The position numbers were made by a program, and so were the translations under genes. Shown here piece by piece: positions 62,081 through 64,000 of a stretch of DNA of 64,000 nucleotides; within the stretch, counting starts at the first letter, position 1, and each line of letters begins with the position of its first letter. Under the pieces are notes generated by a model. It saw only the letters and a program-made list of their open reading frames with translations. It was not told where the DNA came from and made no database searches. The DNA comes from an uncultured delta proteobacterium (lineage in GTDB: Bacteria; Desulfobacterota; Desulfobaccia; Desulfobaccales; 0-14-0-80-60-11), in the NCBI GenBank assembly GCA_963812015.1, contig CAWETI010000003.1, positions 640,001 to 704,000 of the forward strand. Direction: 5' to 3'.

Positions 62081-64000
62081 ATGTCAGAGTCGGAAAAAGT
62101 ACTGGGATCGGTGATGGTGGTCGGTGGCGGCATCGCTGGGATGCAGGCCGCGTTGGATTTGGCCAACTCCGGCTATTATGTCCACTTAGTGGAAAAGGGG
62201 CCGGCCATCGGTGGCACCATGGCCCAGATCGATAAGACGTTTCCCACCAATGATTGCGCCATGTGAATTATCTCCCCCAAGCTGGTCGAGGTCGGCCGGC
62301 ACACGAACATCGAAGTTCACGCCCTGACAGAATTACTTGATGTGACCGGCGAGCCCGGCCATCTCAAAGTCACCTTAGATAAGCAAGCCCGCTACGTCAA
62401 TCTGGAGAAATGCACCGGTTGCGGTGAGTGCGCCAAGGTCTGCCCGGTAACTATCAAGGACGAATTCAACATCGACCTGGGCACCCGCCAGGCCATTTAT
62501 CGCTCTTATCCCCAGGCGATCCCTTCGGGTTTCGCCATCTCCAAGTTGGACCGGGCGCCGTGCACCATGACCTGTCCGGCTCACATCAATGTCCAGGGGT
62601 ATATACAGCTCGTTAAGATGGGGAAATACACCGAGGCCGTCAAGCTTATCATGGACCGGGCGCCGATTCCCGGGACCCTGGGGCGCATCTGCCCCCACCC
62701 CTGCGAAGAGAAGTGCCGGCGGCAGGAGGTGGATGAGCCCCTGGCCATCTCCGCCTTAAAGCGATTCGCCGCGGATCAGGTGGATTTAGGGGATATCAAC
62801 CCGCCCCTGGTCGAGGCCAAAAAAGAAAAGGTCGCCATCATCGGCTCGGGCCCGGCGGGGTTGACCTGTGCCTATCACCTGGCCCTGCAAGGTTACCGGC
62901 CCACCATCTTTGAGGCGCTCCCCGAGCCGGGAGGCATGCTCCGGGTGGGCATTCCCCAATACCGCTTGCCCCGGGAAGTGCTGAAAGGCGAGATCGACAA
63001 CATCCTGCGCCTGGGAGTGGAACTCAAGCTCAATATGGCTTTGGGGAAAGACTTCACCCTGGATGGTCTCTTTGAACAGGGCTATAAAGCGGTTTTCCTG
63101 GGCATCGGTTGTCATGAAGGCCGAGGTTTGGGAATCCCAGGCGAGGATCTGGAAGGGATCATGCAAGGCGTAGAGTTCCTGCGCCGTCACAATCTGGGCC
63201 AGGAACTTAAGGTGGGCAAACGGGTTGCGGTGGTCGGGGGCGGCAACGTGGCCCTGGACGTGGCCGGCGCCGCCCGGCGCTACGGGGCCACCGTGACCAT
63301 TGTCTATCGTCGCTCCCGGGAGGAAATGCCCGCGCATGCCTGGGAGATCGACCAGGGGTTGTGCGAAGGGATAAAAATCCTCTACCAGGTGGCTCCTCTG
63401 GAAGTGCGGGCCGAGGACGGTAAGGTGGAAACCCTTTTGTGCCAGCAGATGGACCTGGCGGAGCCCGATGAATCCGGGCGGCGCCGTCCCATCCCCATCG
63501 CCGGGGCCGAATTCGAGCTGCCCGTGGACCTGGTGGTGGCGGCCATCGGCCAGGAAGCGGGGGCTGCGGTGCTGAAGGAAGCGGGGATCACCTGTTCCCG
63601 CCTGGGCACCATCGAGGTGGACGAAGTAACGTACATGACTTCCCGGCCCGGAGTCTTCGCCGCGGGCGATGCCTCCACCGGCCCCTGGATCGCCATTGAG
63701 GCGGTGGGCGGCGGCATCGAAGCGGCGGACTCCATCGACCGCTATATTAAGGGCGAAGATATGTATGCCGGCCGGGTCCGGGGTATTGCCGCGGCGCAAC
63801 GCTGGCGGGAGATCCCCAAAGACGAGGAGGGCCGGCCCCGGGAAATTATGCCGACCCTGCCGCCGGAAGTCTCGTCCATCTGCTTTATGGAGGTGGCCCA
63901 GGGGTATAGCGAAGAACAGGCCCGTTCCGAGGCCACCCGCTGCCTCAACTGCGAGATCTGCTCCGAGTGCATGCAGTGCGTGACGGTCTGTCAGGCCGGG
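62081..64000 (+). CDS. hdrA: Selenocysteine-containing HdrA/HdrL-type flavoprotein (HdrA with GltD-like NAD(P)H domain), runs off the window
   Basis: [31 protein letters not shown]; frame continues through [57 protein letters not shown]. Confidence 0.9.
62281..62300 (+). promoter_or_regulatory. Putative bacterial SECIS element
   Basis: GCUGGUCG-AGGU-CGGCCGGC hairpin 14 nt after the UGA at 62264-62266; AGGU apical loop resembles E. coli fdhF SECIS. Confidence 0.7.

Noticed and set aside
62081..62266. 61-aa standalone ORF or nonsense pseudogene
   Set aside because: The UGA aligns with a conserved Cys and is followed by a SECIS-like hairpin and a long open frame; better explained as selenocysteine.

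Overview
High-GC bacterial chromosome segment. Gene content and BirA box geometry suggest an anaerobic Desulfobacterota/deltaproteobacterium (inference). In order: end of a UbiA/MqnP-type prenyltransferase; two tandem outer-membrane beta-barrel paralogs; livH-livM-livF-livG plus a PaaK-like CoA ligase; a metallophosphoesterase; an alpha/beta hydrolase; a REP-associated tyrosine transposase flanked by REPs; dCMP deaminase; ftsK; a three-gene signalling cluster; a BirA-regulated bio operon with frameshifted bioB; an HPF-cold-shock fusion; and a radical SAM gene. Next is a ~14 kb cluster of archaeal-like formylmethanofuran dehydrogenase subunits (FwdB, FwdA, FwdG, FwdF) interleaved with HdrC and three HdrA variants, one fused to MvhD. 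FwdA and FwdB appear to have lost their catalytic metal ligands while the Fe-S wiring is retained. Then come a cobalamin riboswitch with btuCDF and the anaerobic cbi operon, treS-mak/glgB/glgA, a DUF2284 gene, and the start of an HdrL-type gene with an in-frame UGA plus SECIS-like hairpin (selenoprotein, missed by the ORF track). Intergenic regions carry several nested families of MITEs, REP hairpins and inverted 7-8 bp tandem arrays. All family assignments are from motif recognition by eye; no searches were run.
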